64,000 nt of DNA from Marsupella aquatica. Taxonomy: Eukaryota; Plantae; Marchantiophyta. The notes beneath the pieces were generated by a model. It saw only the letters and a list, made by a program, of their open reading frames with translations. It was not told the origin of the DNA and did not search any database. The DNA lies in NCBI GenBank assembly GCA_973895155.1, contig OZ316898.1, positions 622,751 to 686,750 of the forward strand, given 5' to 3'. Below are positions 38,247 to 51,607 of this stretch, piece by piece; the first letter of the stretch is position 1; every line of letters starts with the position of its first letter. The position numbers and the translations under genes are program-made.

Positions 38247-38702
38247 CAAGCTCTTCTTTCAATGTGCTCTTCTTTGCTGGCCCACCAATTCTAGTGTTTC
38301 CCTTTCTCGGTCTGTAGCGGCCATAAAGATTACCTTCGTAAATGTAGAGTTTCTCCATATTGTTTGTTAAAAATTGGCCGCTAATAATGAGATGAGAGAG
38401 ACATCCTGCTCTACTTTGCACATCCCAATGATGACAAAAGACTGTCAAAGGAGGGCTACTTTCAATTTTGATACAAGCTGGGAAAAAGGTGATTTGACTG
38501 TAGGGTTGTCAAGGCCTTTGTCAAATAGAGAAACTTTGGCTGGATCGTAACTCCCATATTTGGTCATGCTTGTGACCAAGAGATCAATGAAGCAGGGCCG
38601 GGGGACCGGGGGGGGGGGGGGTGGGGGAGCTTTTCTCATAGTTCTCGTCGCAAGATAAATCTTCACACCAAAGAAGTGGAGTTGATTACATCAATCTTCA
38701 AA

Positions 38703-41700
38703 TCATTTCTTCCCTGCTCGTTCGACTGCATTCTTAATTTCTTCGAGCCCCTCTACACAGAGCTCCAAAAGATGCTCTGGATCTGGCATCAGCTTCTCCG
38801 TTGACATTGCTATGAGAGCTATTTCTCCACCATAGCTTTGCAAATGCAGTGTTAAGCTCTGCCATAACAAAACGAGACAGCCCCGGGTCAATATTGCAGA
38901 TAAGTTATATCATCCAACTATATTTGCAAGAAAGCGAGTAGTACACATCTGTCTAATTCACGTACTATCAACAAGAGAGATTTCTTTTGTTACTAAAGTT
39001 TGTGAGTTACAATCACATTAAACACCATCTTCTTCAGGCCATCCAGATCGTTCACCATACAGACCGTCCCATTCAAACCTGAGTGATTCTTCATTTTCAG
39101 CCAAGAAGAGAGCAACAAGATCTTGGCTTGTGAGACATCGAGTAATGATGATGGCGAGTAACTTACTTAACACGCAGTTAATAATCCACTCGCCAGATCT
39201 TGGGCACAGACATGGCCATAGGTTGCTATAGATGAAAGAACTACTTACATGAGGGTGCCCAATAACCGAGGGTATGATGTGTACGATGGGATTGTCTGCA
39301 AGCATGACATGTTCTGTTGGTCCCCTGACATTTGAAATTGACATGCTTGTCTGCAATACCAGCCTTGTCACAACAGCTGCAGCCATCTGGAACAAGGACC
39401 GCAAGTCATGAATGCCGAGCATGCAAATGAGGTTCACGTGATAGTAATGTTATTAAACGCTAAACTTGACCAAAGACGAAAAGACAAGCTATTGTGCCAT
39501 TACTGCATTTTCTGAACTAAGTGACCGCAGAATAAGGGAAGAAAAATTGTCATTAAATGCCCAAGCCCACATATAGTAAGGAGCACATCATAGACACCAC
39601 AGACCTTTTGACCAAATATATTCATCACCGCATTTCCAGAGGCATAGCTGAAAGCTCCCTCCATAGAAGACTTCTTGCTAGTTCCAATGGCCTTCATCTT
39701 TCGAAGAAGCTCCAGCGGATCACTATATCGCCTCATGGGCAAAGGAAAGAGCAGATAACCCATGTGATTCCCCCAGCGTGCTTGTGAATCTTGCCCCTTC
39801 ATCATTTCAGATAGTTCCTAATATCCACCACGCCAGGTTGTAAATTTCCTGCCATACTTACTCATAGCGTGGAGCAACATGGTAACAATTGAAATGCATG
39901 CATTCAGAATTCCAAGTTTCTGATACAAGTTCCAAAAGCAAATCAGAGCTCCTGTGTACCTGCAAACCTGGGGCTGCCCTCATGTTTATAAGCGTAAGAG
40001 CCCGAATTCTGAGATTGTCCAGTTTCTTCTGTAAGCCATCAGGTTCCAAACCCTTGGAGACACGCTTCTGTGCCTCATTCGTCGTTGTTTTGCTATCGTT
40101 GACTTGCTTCTGATTTGCGCCAATGACTTCTGATAACCGAATCTCACTGAGCATTAGAATCAAAATTAATTTATAGAGGCAACTTCAACAGCAAGGAAAG
40201 TGTTGAAGCAGTCCTATCCCTTTGTTCGCTCCCGTAATACTGCGGCTGGTCTTTTTTGTTACACCAAGCAAGGAAAATTTGCTAGGCTCTGAAATCACCT
40301 CCGTTATCGACGTCTTGTTCTGCACGTTCCTGTAAATAGCGTCTCACTCCACGGGCGGCCATTGCCATAAACACATCATTGATAGTCTGCCACAACACAT
40401 GCCTCAAATATTCAATAGTATCCCATTGCTTTGATATCACTATTGAACTTAAAACTGGCATGCAAGTGACGACTCTAATAAGCACTTTGACTAGGAAAAA
40501 CGCAACAGCTATTTTGAGCTAGCTTTCAGTGCCGATGAATTCAAACCGAGTTATCTACTTACCACGCCCATTGCTTTGCTGACAACCTTTAATTCGTCAA
40601 CACTGAGAGTAATAAACCGGTACTTTCGGGGTAAATCGACCATGTCAGCAAAGCCTGACAATACTGTACGACTATCCTTCATCCAGATGAGTGACGCACT
40701 AGCTTTTCCAATCTCGATCACAGAGTACCAGAATACCAGTAGATAGTACCACATGCCGGTGAGAACTTTTGACATGAAACCAGTCTTGTCCACTGGCGAG
40801 GGGCCGGCCCTTTTTTTGTCTTCATTGGGTGTTGTAAATGTTGGCAGCATATCGGGCTTATCAACGCTGCGTGTACAGGCCATAAGCAGTGAAATGAGAG
40901 AAGTCCCATCTCCTAACGAATGGTGAATTCTGAGTATGCAACAGCCTTCTGCTTTTCCAAGCTTGGCGTCCACCAAATGCACATCCCAGAGGGGTCTCGA
41001 TCGATCAAATGGTTTTGGCAAAACAACATCTGTCGTGTAATTCAGGACACAATTCCTGTCTTCTTTCTGTTCTGGTGTAAATTCAACCTCAAAAACATGG
41101 TTGTCGACGCTTGTCTTCACCTGTGTCCACCATGGCCTTCCTTTCCTGACATCCTGTCACGTTAGAAGACCACAGCAGAAGTTTCAGTCACACCAATCAT
41201 CAAATGTCGTGCAGAGAAAATGCAGGACACATCGATTGATACTTCGGAACAATCCCTGAATGAGACTTGAGCATGATTGTTACCGTTGTGGCGTCTTTCA
41301 GACAGACGTCTCCTTAATTTTTGTATCTCACAATAGACCGCGCACCACTTCCGAAGCTCTTACTTACAGAGCAGACCGAGTATACAGAACCGAGATAGTA
41401 CCCACACGACTAAACCAATAAACACAGAAATTCGTCTTCCAAATATTGAATGGTTTCTAGAGACAGAACTAACTTGCAGTACTTCTTGGGCATTGCTGCC
41501 ATAAGCTACTGAGAAAGGCTACTCGTCATGCAGCATCTGTGGAGCCACAAATTGGCGTCCAACTCCTAACAGAGTGAATCTAAGACAAAATGGGACACAG
41601 GAAAAATGGTGAAAGTGTGCCGCAAATAAACCCCTCACAGACTAGAAAACAAGGAAGTTTAATTGAACGGACGTGCATCGTATTAAATTGAATCGAATTA

Positions 41701-42081
41701 AAATTAGGAAAGCATGTTAGCTATGTTGCGAGGGAAGCAGGGAGGCAGGGAGGGAGAGCACACCACTCGGCTGGAGAAGCGCTTGTGTTTCATGAGAGTC
41801 AATTCGAGGTGCGATTTGAATTTCTGGGGATCAATTGGATTCTTGAATCCCAAGATACAAACGCATACAAAGGTGGAGCACATCTCTGTGAAAATACGAC
41901 CTGCTGGAGTCATCGGCTCATCGTCCCAGGTTTCTTCAAGGTAACTATTGCTAGTAATACCATGCTCAGATCTATCTCCACTCTCCCCTTCTCGATTAAC
42001 CTTCAACGGCCGCAGCCTCAGTCCACTCGGCACTGCGGACACCACTGTTGAAGCCACCGGTGATTCCTCTGTTTCCCCCAT
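38703..42081 (-). CDS. WSD1: Wax ester synthase/diacylglycerol acyltransferase (WSD1-like), ~557 aa. Exons 42081-41764, 41153-40563, 40386-40299, 40129-39960, 39817-39605, 39386-39249, 38858-38703
   Basis: EPMTPAGRIF, HKRFSS, RPLWDVHL, catalytic RIHHSLGDGTSL, TINDV, RWGN, SNVRGP, LHLQSY, PDP. All introns are GT-AG and phase-consistent. Confidence 0.93.
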
Positions 42082-44110
42082 CTCAAGCTGGGGACCGCAC
42101 AGTTACTCGGCCCCCAATGTCTGTACGAATAGGCCCTACGACGAACAGAGAAAGACCTCTCCCTTCTAGATAACGATCGCTCCCAATGGAGCCGAAGAAA
42201 GAGACTCACGCCTTTGACATTAAACTGAAAAGCTCATCAACTGCTGCATTCCGCACTTCTCTCTGTTCTTTGATCGATGTCCAGCCTTCTAGCCACACCG
42301 ACTTCGCAGTCATCTTCTAGAAAACTACTCTACTGTAGTTGACTGATCACTGGCCGTGCGGTCCCCTTCGTACGTCCCACGTCTACTGTAGATGTTCTCT
42401 AATCTCCACGCCTTCTCCCTACCCTACCTTCTTCTGCGAGTGTGGCAGGGTATATTTGAAAAGGTGGGGATCCCACCGATCGATGAATGATTATTTATCA
42501 AAAGCAGGGGCGCCCAGCTGCGGTCATGCGGACCATCTTTCTTATTACAGCCACAGTTCTGCTGTAAGATGACATGAAAGTTTCCACACGGCTCTCTCGA
42601 AATTCATCGGCATTCTTGACGGGAGAATAGCGATGCCGCCATAGCTCCGCCGGCCTACGGCTGTTTCTGACAGAAATTGCATCGGCATAATGATGTCATC
42701 CCCTACTCGCCACTCGGAGCCCCCCTCCGGCCCTGCGACACGTTCTGCATCTCCTCAGCTCCTCCTTTATCCCATGATCCAGCTCTGATTGCAAACGGGA
42801 GGGATCACGGCCCAGCAAGTCTCACACATCGTGAGCTACACAACAGGGCGAGACAATTGGCAACCCCGTTGGAGGCATGGCAACAATCCTACAGTGTGTT
42901 ACACTGCATTTAGTACTCAAGAGGATACTGTACTACCAACAGGATCCAAGGGACCCAATACGGGACACAAAAGGAAAGGAAAAAAAAAAACAGGAATACA
43001 ATAGGGCCCATAAGTTCAACAGTCATACTCTTTTCTTCATTTTAGGAGGAGGGTGCCAGGGGATTGGTTTGAGGCCAATCCAATCATATTTCAGAGACTA
43101 TGTGTTCTAAGGACTTTTAGGAGGAGGGCACAAGGAGGTTAGTTTCAGGCCAATCCAATCATATCTCATATGAGTATGTGTTCTACTGGGTTTAGCCATG
43201 CCTCTTGGCATGAGGTTATCACATGCACTTATTGTGGGTCACCTAGTTCATTGACATGTGGGAAGTCTTGTGATGATACAAAGATCCAAATTCTTGGGTG
43301 TAGTACATGCAAAGAGATTATAGTCATTCATGATGACAATATCTACCTTCTTCAGTGGAGTACAAGTGGAGAGACCATAGTTCTCAGAAACACCATGAGG
43401 GGGGCTAGTGCTGATTCTTCAGTGTAGTACAAGTGGAGATAGTAATTGTCCACTAGCCCAGACTACACTTTCTTTGAACCCAAATAACAGGGAGTACAAT
43501 AAAAATATCACCAAAATATATTTCTTATTCACATTTTTTGAAGGTTACTGAAATGATTAAAAAAATCATGCATGTCATCATTTTAATAATTATACATAAC
43601 ATGCCATACTCCTTTCTATTCACATCCCTTTTTCTATGTACATGTGTTATGGTGTGGCCATAGAGCTCATTTTGTAATATAAATCTACTAGTGTAATAAC
43701 TGATCCTGCCAGTTTTCGTCCATAGTCATGTTACAAAAGTGAAAAAGGAAACAATGCTCAACCATGAGATATTTTCTAGAATTATTTAAGGCTCTTGGAT
43801 TGAGTAAGATGGGTATCTAAGATTGGTTTAAGTTATAGTACAAGGTGAGTCTACTATGTCATAGAGTATTTGCATGTGTTATTGTAATTATTTTGTAGCT
43901 TGCTTATAGTACTTTTTGGCATGGAGCATTAAATATAGCTTTTAACTACATTGCCACTAAAGATGTGACAATTAACAATACTGCCCCTGTTTCTTTGGCA
44001 TTAATAAATCTGCCACAGTTTTAGTATATGGTTAACGTAGGACGGAAAAGGGTGAACCATGGGTCAGTCTCCATCCAATTGCATACACGCGTCACTTTTA
44101 GGTCTATTCC

Positions 44111-46150
44111 GTTCCAAACCACCATGAGCCCTTAATATCGACTGCGTAAGGTCCTATGTGTTGCTCCAGAATTTCAAAATAGCTGACAGCACGGGCTTCA
44201 CAGTCGAGAAGGGCTGAAGTGCTACATTCACTGGAGACATTGAGGAATGAAGGCCATGGCCATACCGTGAGGAGAAGACAGAAAAAGTTGTGAGCAGCTC
44301 CTATAACTATCCATAACTACCAGAGAGGTCAGCGCATTTCATGATAGCTAGAAAATGACATTCATTTGTCCACTAAGATTGAAGGCACAGAGCTGCTGGC
44401 TCTCAACCCTGACATCAACATTGAACTTCACGCTGTATACCGAGGGCAACGAAGCTGAGCATACTACTCAGAGATTTCAAGCCAGTTTCACAGGACTGGT
44501 AAGTGCTCGCACTACAGAAATCTTTGTTGTTCTTGTAATGCACAAACACAATGCTTTGACTTCCACTTTGCCTAGTGGCTTCACATACAGTTTATGCAGT
44601 AGAAAAGTAATTTTTAAACAACAGACCCCAAAAGAGACTTCACAAAAGAGAGGGCAATGTCCAAAGAGAGGGTCATGTCCTTCTCGGGTGTTGAAAACCC
44701 GACTCTTTGTCCCTTATTGTCCTCTTTTGCACTTAGTCCTCATTCCTTGGCCAGGGGAAGTGCGAACTCAATTTTACTCAGTCTATGGTCATACATACAA
44801 GCTCATATGTCCATTTGAATAGTTGACCAAGCTCCGAGCTGAATTTCTGAAGCTTTGGCAGAGTGTAAGAATGGGAACATACATGCAAACTTGTTTGGTC
44901 AAACACATAGAGGATTATGCTGCCTATTCAAATTGTGTGATGCTATTGGTGGCCACAGTTTTAGATGCCAACAAGAGTGTTATGATATTGTTGTATTGCA
45001 TGGTTCTATCAAAAAATGAACAATACTGGTAGACATTTCTGAAGTTGTTGCATGTTCAAAGCAATCCCAGAGTTGTCTACTACTGGTACTGTTTTCATCT
45101 CTAACAGAGAAAAGGTTCTTCAGAATGTTGTGGATGAGGTAATCCCTAGAGCATTCCATGCGTTTTGCACATGGCACTTGAGAAAGAATTTACAATGTCA
45201 TTCCAACAAGGCAGCCAGGAAAGCATTCGATGGACTAGTTTATGCTGCCAATGAAGACCAGTTTGTGAGGAGGTTAGACAATATTGCTTATGAGTACCCA
45301 TCAGCACATGAGTACATTGTCAAGACTGCTGATCCAGCTCATTATTCCGGAGCTTTTATGCCTTATCCCAGGTACACATGGCAATTACATACCCTTCTTG
45401 CTTTATTCAATGTACTAGAACCAGTAGAACATGATCTGTGAGACCAGTGAAGGACCAACAATTTTACTATTGTTGCTATAGTATATAGGTGGGGACATGA
45501 GACATCTCAATAGGCAGAGAGTACCAATCGAGCATTGAAGGCAGAATGCCAAGAAGTAGCTTTCAAGCAGTCAAATCTCATTTGGGACTACATGATGAAG
45601 CACTACTATGAGAAGAGGATGCTAGCTGAGTCCCTAAGCACACCATTTCCTTAAAATATAATGGCTATATTGAGAGATCGACATGAGGAAGCCTTCCAAC
45701 TTGTTCCAGACCCCTCAAGCCCTACAAAGGTAAGAATTTCAGATTTCATACGCACAGACATAATTTCTTGGTCGTGACTTTAGACCCTGTGAAGGAATGT
45801 TCTTGTGAAGATTGGGAGGATGTGGGCATTCCATGTATTCATGCTTGGAGAGCCATTACAAGGTTGCACCTTTGTCATTATGATTTTGTGTCAAAGTTTT
45901 ATTCTACAGAATCATTCAGACTACAATATAGTGCTAGTATTCCTGCTATTTTGAAGGATGACCTACAACCTGATACATGGTGTGGCCCGCCCTTGGAGAG
46001 ACAAAAGCAAGCCAGGACGTTCGACTGAACTAAGGCTTAGGTTCATAGACGAAGATGGAGTCCGGTTGCCTTGTGCTTGTGGATTTTGCAAGGAAGAGGC
46101 CTCGATGAACATACCTGCTTGCTTTGGAAAGACCACCTTGGAACTCAGCA
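44111..46150 (+). pseudogene. Decayed MULE/Mutator transposase (DNA-binding domain, MULE domain, SWIM finger)
   Basis: CPLRLKA; VFISNREK.L...HAFCTWHLRKNL; R|WGHETSQ*AESTN; SWIM CSCEDWEDVGIPCIHA. Several stops and frameshifts. Confidence 0.85.
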
Positions 46151-47449
46151 AGCCAGGCAAGGACATATCACCCTATTCATTAAAAGTGTATTCTCTTTTG
46201 TTCACTTTTAGGCCTCTAAATGTTCACTTTTTGGTCTCTAAATGTACACTTTTTAACCCCAAAAGGTACACTATAGTACAATACTCTTCACCCAAATGGT
46301 TAATTGTAAACTTAAGGGGACAAAAATGATCTTTACTAGAGGGAGTCTCATCCTAGTTCATTTACAAAGGATGAACATGGTGGTACATCTGATGGCCTTC
46401 ACCTTTATATCTTGCCCAAATGTACACTTTTTGAAAGCCAAATGTACACTTCTATTGCCCAAATGTTCATAAATTGAATAATAATACACTTTTAATGAAT
46501 AGATTGGTACATGCAAAATACTGTACAGGAGGTAGACAACAGAATTGAGTCTGAGGATGAGGATGATAGAATTGAGTATGTTGTAGATATTCAGCAGTCA
46601 GCCCCTTTTATAGATGATTCTGAAGACTGTGGCCCATCATTAACCTGTCCATTTGAAATGGGTACCTTCACATCTCTTCTGGCCAGTTGTTTTGGCACAT
46701 TTCAACTGCAACCTTCGGCTAATGAAGACTACTATTGTAAGCACTCCCCATGGAATTGAGAGGTTTCTTTTTCGTAATTGGTAAAGGGATGTTTTTTATC
46801 ACCGTGCCCTATGTACTGGTTGACATTGTAAAGACATTTTTGGAAGATGCCTAAATGTCACATAAAAGCACATGTTGTGTGCAAGTTCCCTTTTGCATCA
46901 TCACTGTTGAGCATAGACGACATTCGTAACGGCAAGCCCATGAACCATCCAACGCACAAGAGTCGACACAGAGAGATACGTGGTTCACCTCCACATGAGG
47001 CTACGTCCACGGGAACACACAAGAGCTTTACTGCACTCTAGGCTGACCGGCCATACCAAGCATCCACAGCACAAGCTCTCCCTATCTCTCAACTAGCTCC
47101 GTAACAATGAGCCTAAGTTCCACCAAGGTCTGGCATCAGCCCTGGCTATATGCACAACAACACTACTGCTAACATTAGCTAAGTCCTAACCCAAGTTAGA
47201 CTAATTGTGGTTAGCTCATGAGTCACAAGACTAGAGCAATATCTAACAAACTCCCCCTTGACTCTTGACTTGGGGACTGGACTAAATGCTACCATATGGA
47301 TTCCTCAGCGGGAAGTTCTAGACAATCACCAAACCAGGTCTCCCCCTAAAAACCACAAGGGTTAACTAAGGGTTAATTAGAACTAAGCCGTAGCCAAACA
47401 GGAATGAGTAATCCATATACAAATAGTCACACATTGCTAAATAACTCTA

Positions 47450-50400
47450 CTTGCACTACAACTGCAAAAGCTGCAAAGTAGCACGGTGTCTTGAGAAACT
47501 CTCCAAAGGAATCACTTTCGTAAAGGCATCAGCGGGATTGAACTTTCCATCAATCTTGACTAGCTCAAAAGTTTTATCAGACACTGCTTGCCTGATAAAA
47601 TGGTACCTGATATCAATTGCTTCACCCTGTTATCCATCACCTGGTTAGCAGCCAAGTGAAGAGCACTCTGACTATCACAGTTTAGAGTCATTTTTCCATG
47701 CTCTAAACCCATCTCTGCGATCAACTTGTCCAACCAAATTGCTTCCTTTGCTGCTTCTACTGCTGCAACATACTCTGCTTCTGTAGTAGACTGAGATGTG
47801 CACTTCTGCAAGGTAGATTTCCAACTGATACATCCTCCTCCAAGAGTGTATACAAATCCAGTTGTAGACCTCCTTGGGTCCAGACAGCCTCCATAGTTAG
47901 AATCTACATAGCCAACCAACGTTCTATCTGATCTGTTATCAAATAGTAATCCATAGTCTTGTGTTCCCTTCAGATACCTGAGAATCCATTTCACAGCTTC
48001 CCAATGTACCTTCCCTGGATTTGACATGAATCTGCTGACCTTGCCCATCGCTAGGGCCAAGTTAGACCTAGTACAAGTCATCAAATACATCAGACTGCCT
48101 ATTGCCTTCTCATAAGGAATCTTAGCCATCAGACCTTTCTCCACAGCATCCGTAGGAGAGAAAGCCGATGATAACTTGAAATGTGAAGCTAAAGGAATAC
48201 TCATTGGCTTACAGTTCTCCATGTTGAATCGTGCAAGTACTTTCCTCGCATACTGGCCTTGACTCAAGCACAATTGTCCAGTCTCAGAGTTCCTAAAAAT
48301 CTCCATCCCTAAGATCCTCTTGGCCTTACCAAGATCCTTCATCCTGAATTCAACACTCAATTTCGCCTTGAGACTGTCAACCTCAGATTGATCTTTAGCC
48401 ACAATTAGCATGTCATCCACATAGATCACCAGAATGATGAAACCAAATACATCATTCTTGACTGATTTTGTATACACACAAGGATCATACACCATCCTTG
48501 TAAAACCTTGAGCAAGCATGAAATCATCAAACCGCTTGTTCCACTGTCTGGGAGATTGCTTCAATCCATACAAGGACTTGAGCAATCTGCAAACTAAGTT
48601 CTCTTGGCCCTTCTTCATAAAGCCTAGTGGCTGTCTCATGAAGATCATCTCTTCCAAGTTTCCATAGAGAAAAGTAGTAACAACATCCATCTGATCCATC
48701 ACCAGATTAAAAAACACAACAAGCTGACACAAGATCCGAATTATGGAATACTTAGCCACCGGTGAAAAGGCCTCATTGTAATCCACTCCTTTCTCCCGAG
48801 TGAATCCCTTGGCAACAAGCCTTGCCTTGTAGATCTTATCTCCACCCTCTGAAGGGCTGTCCTTCAACTTGTAAATCCACTTGTTGTCCACCACTTGCTG
48901 ACCTTTTGGAAGCTCCACCAGCTCCCATGTCTTGTTGTCACTCAAAGATTGCAACTCCCTCTGCATTGCTGCATTCCACTCATGCTTCTGCTATGAAGCA
49001 CAAGCCTCATTGTACGAAGAAGGCTCTCCTTCTTAATTCCAAGATCAAAGCCATATCATCTTCATCAGGTGCAATGTCAATATCATCTAACTTAGATGAG
49101 TCTGCCCATTGACCATACCTGGTAGGAGCTCTAGTAGAACGACTGGAAGTTCTTCTAGTAGATGACTCAGGTTGATCTGCTGCAGCTGCTATTGGCTGAA
49201 TTTGAGGTACCCCAACAACAATCTGCTCCTCTTGTTCCATCAAAGGAACCAGCTCCAAGCCGGAGCTTCTCCATCTCTCCCGTCATGAACATCATCATGA
49301 CTAATCTCCCCCTCAACCTGGTCCGGGATGGGAGATTTCCCCTTGTCAGTATGGGAGTCTTGAGAACTCTCCCCCTCCTTTGATGATCTGGACTCATTAA
49401 AGGACACATCTCTACTAACAATTAGCTTACAGGTTACTGGATCCCATAACCTATAACCCTTCACACCTTTCTGATATCCAAGGAAAATGCACTTCTTCGA
49501 CTTGGACTCCAACTTGGATCGAAGCTGAGAAGGTGTAAGCACATAAGCATCACATCCAAAAATCCTCAGATGTGAGTAATCTGCTGGACGCCCGTACCTC
49601 ATTTCAAATGGCGTCTTGAATCCAATAGAACTGGATGGAGAAAAATTTACCAAATAAGCTGCAGTGTTGACAGCTTTAGCCCAAAACTCATGTGGTAAGC
49701 ATGATTGACTCAACATACTCCTCGAGCGATCCAATAGTGTTCGGTTGAGTCTCTCAGAAACACCATTCTGCTGAAGAATATAACTTGTTGTGAGATGGCG
49801 GGTAATCCCCTGCTTCTTACAATACGTTCCAAATTTCCCGGAACTGTATTCACCGCCGTTATCCGATCGAAGATATCTCACCTTATTACTAGTCTGATTC
49901 TGAACTTGGGCTTTCCACTCCTTAAAAGTGTCAAAAACATCAGACTTATTGTGTAGAAAGTATATCCACACATACCTTGAGTAATCGTCTATGAACGTGA
50001 CATAGTATAACCGTCCAGAATGTGAGGGAGTAGGGGCTGGACCCCACACATCACTATGTACATACTCAAGTACCTCCTTGCTGGTGTGAGTTCCAACTCC
50101 GAAGGGTTTCTTGTGTTGCTTCCCTAGCACACAGTGCTCACAAAATTCCAACTTACAAGATTGCAAATTAGAAAGTAATCCTTTCTTTTGAAGAATAACC
50201 AAACCTTTTTCACTCATGTGGCCCAAACGGAAGTGCCACAGCCGGGCCGTCTCCTCATGAGATAAGGTTACATTGGCTTGATCACAGACTACACTGCCCT
50301 CCAAAACGTATAGATTGCTATGTCTCTTTCCCTTCAATACAACTTTAGTACCAGTTGAAACCCGAAGGACACCATTAGCAGAACTCCACTGATGGCCATT

Positions 50401-50680
50401 TGCCTCTAAAACTCCAAGTGAAATGAGATTTTTCATCATGCTGGGAATATGTCTCACATTCCTTAACGTTCTTACAACACCATCAAACATCTGAAATCTT
50501 ACAGATCCAAGTCCAATAGCTTGGACATGGGATGCCATTTTCCATCAACACTGACCCGTTGGAAACCGTGTAAGAACTGAAAAAATCTCTCCTAGAGCAA
50601 ATGTGAAAAGTACATGCACTATCTAGAATCCAGTCATCACTACCTAGATTAGACACTACGTTGAGAGCAAAACCTTGACA
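47450..50680 (-). pseudogene. Copia pol (PR-INT-RT-RNaseH) with frameshifts near 50530, 49250, 49020 and 47615 and a TAG at ~48992
   Basis: WILDSACTFH; LWHFRLGHMS; VHSDVWGP; LRSDNGGEY; QNGVSER; YGLKQSPRQW; YVDDML; STTEAEY. Confidence 0.93.
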
Positions 50681-51607
50681 TCACAATATGTCATCATCAT
50701 CGAGTAAATCTACCTCATGCGAGCTCGATGCCACGTTAGCAGAGGCAGTAGGGACCTTTACTCGACAATCCCTTTTCATGTGGCCAGGCTTGCCACAATT
50801 CCAACATGCAAGAGGTTTTCTCTCTTGCGATTTCCCTCTGGATTTAGATCTCCCCCGTGATGTAGATCTAAACCTATTCTGTCCATTTGTGCGTTGCGCT
50901 GCTCTTCCCCTGTTCACATTGAGCGCAGTCCCAGAAGAAGATGCTGTCTGTGATTGACCCAACTTCTTCTGAGCATCATCAGACAGTAAAGAGCTCACCA
51001 CCTCATTATACGAAATGGATTTCAGATCTCTGTACAAGAGCACCTGTTTCAAGCCCTGATATGACGGCGGTAAGGAGCTTAGCAGAAGCAAGGCCTTATC
51101 CTCATCTTCAACTCCTTTTCCCAGGTTTGACAGATCCACCGCTAGACTATCAAATTCATCTAGGTGATCCTGCATCTTGCTCCCTTCCTTGAGCCTGAGG
51201 CTCATCAAGAGAGACTTCTTGTACAGCCGGTCTGATGCATCTTCCCGGTAGTACTTCTCTCTAAGAGCCTTAAACAGTGACGCGCAATCCGCATAATCAT
51301 CCAGCTGCTTGATGATGTGCAGCTTGAGATATAGCATTACTGCATTGACAGCAATCACCTGCTCCTGTCTCCACTGTCTCACAAAAATTTCCTCCTCTCC
51401 ATCATACTGCTCTCGCGAAGAGAGCAGATGAGCTAAGCCCATGGCCCGTAGAACACCCTTCACTTGCTTCTCCCACAACAAGTAATCAGTACGACCATCG
51501 TACTTTTCCACCTCAAACTTCACTCCTCCAAATCTAGCCATCTCCCTCTTCTTCCCCACTACCAACAGCTCTGGTAGTAACACAGCTTCCTCCACTGCAC
51601 GCCGCAC
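50681..51607 (-). CDS. Copia gag (UBN2 domain and CCHC knuckle)
   Basis: KFEVEKYDGRTDYLLW; LLLSSLPPSY; CWNCGKPGHMKRDC. Confidence 0.93.
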   Translation of the reverse strand: MRRAVEEAVLLPELLVVGKKREMARFGGVKFEVEKYDGRTDYLLWEKQVKGVLRAMGLAHLLSSREQYDGEEEIFVRQWRQEQVIAVNAVMLYLKLHIIKQLDDYADCASLFKALREKYYREDASDRLYKKSLLMSLRLKEGSKMQDHLDEFDSLAVDLSNLGKGVEDEDKALLLLSSLPPSYQGLKQVLLYRDLKSISYNEVVSSLLSDDAQKKLGQSQTASSSGTALNVNRGRAAQRTNGQNRFRSTSRGRSKSRGKSQERKPLACWNCGKPGHMKRDCRVKVPTASANVASSSHEVDLLDDDDIL

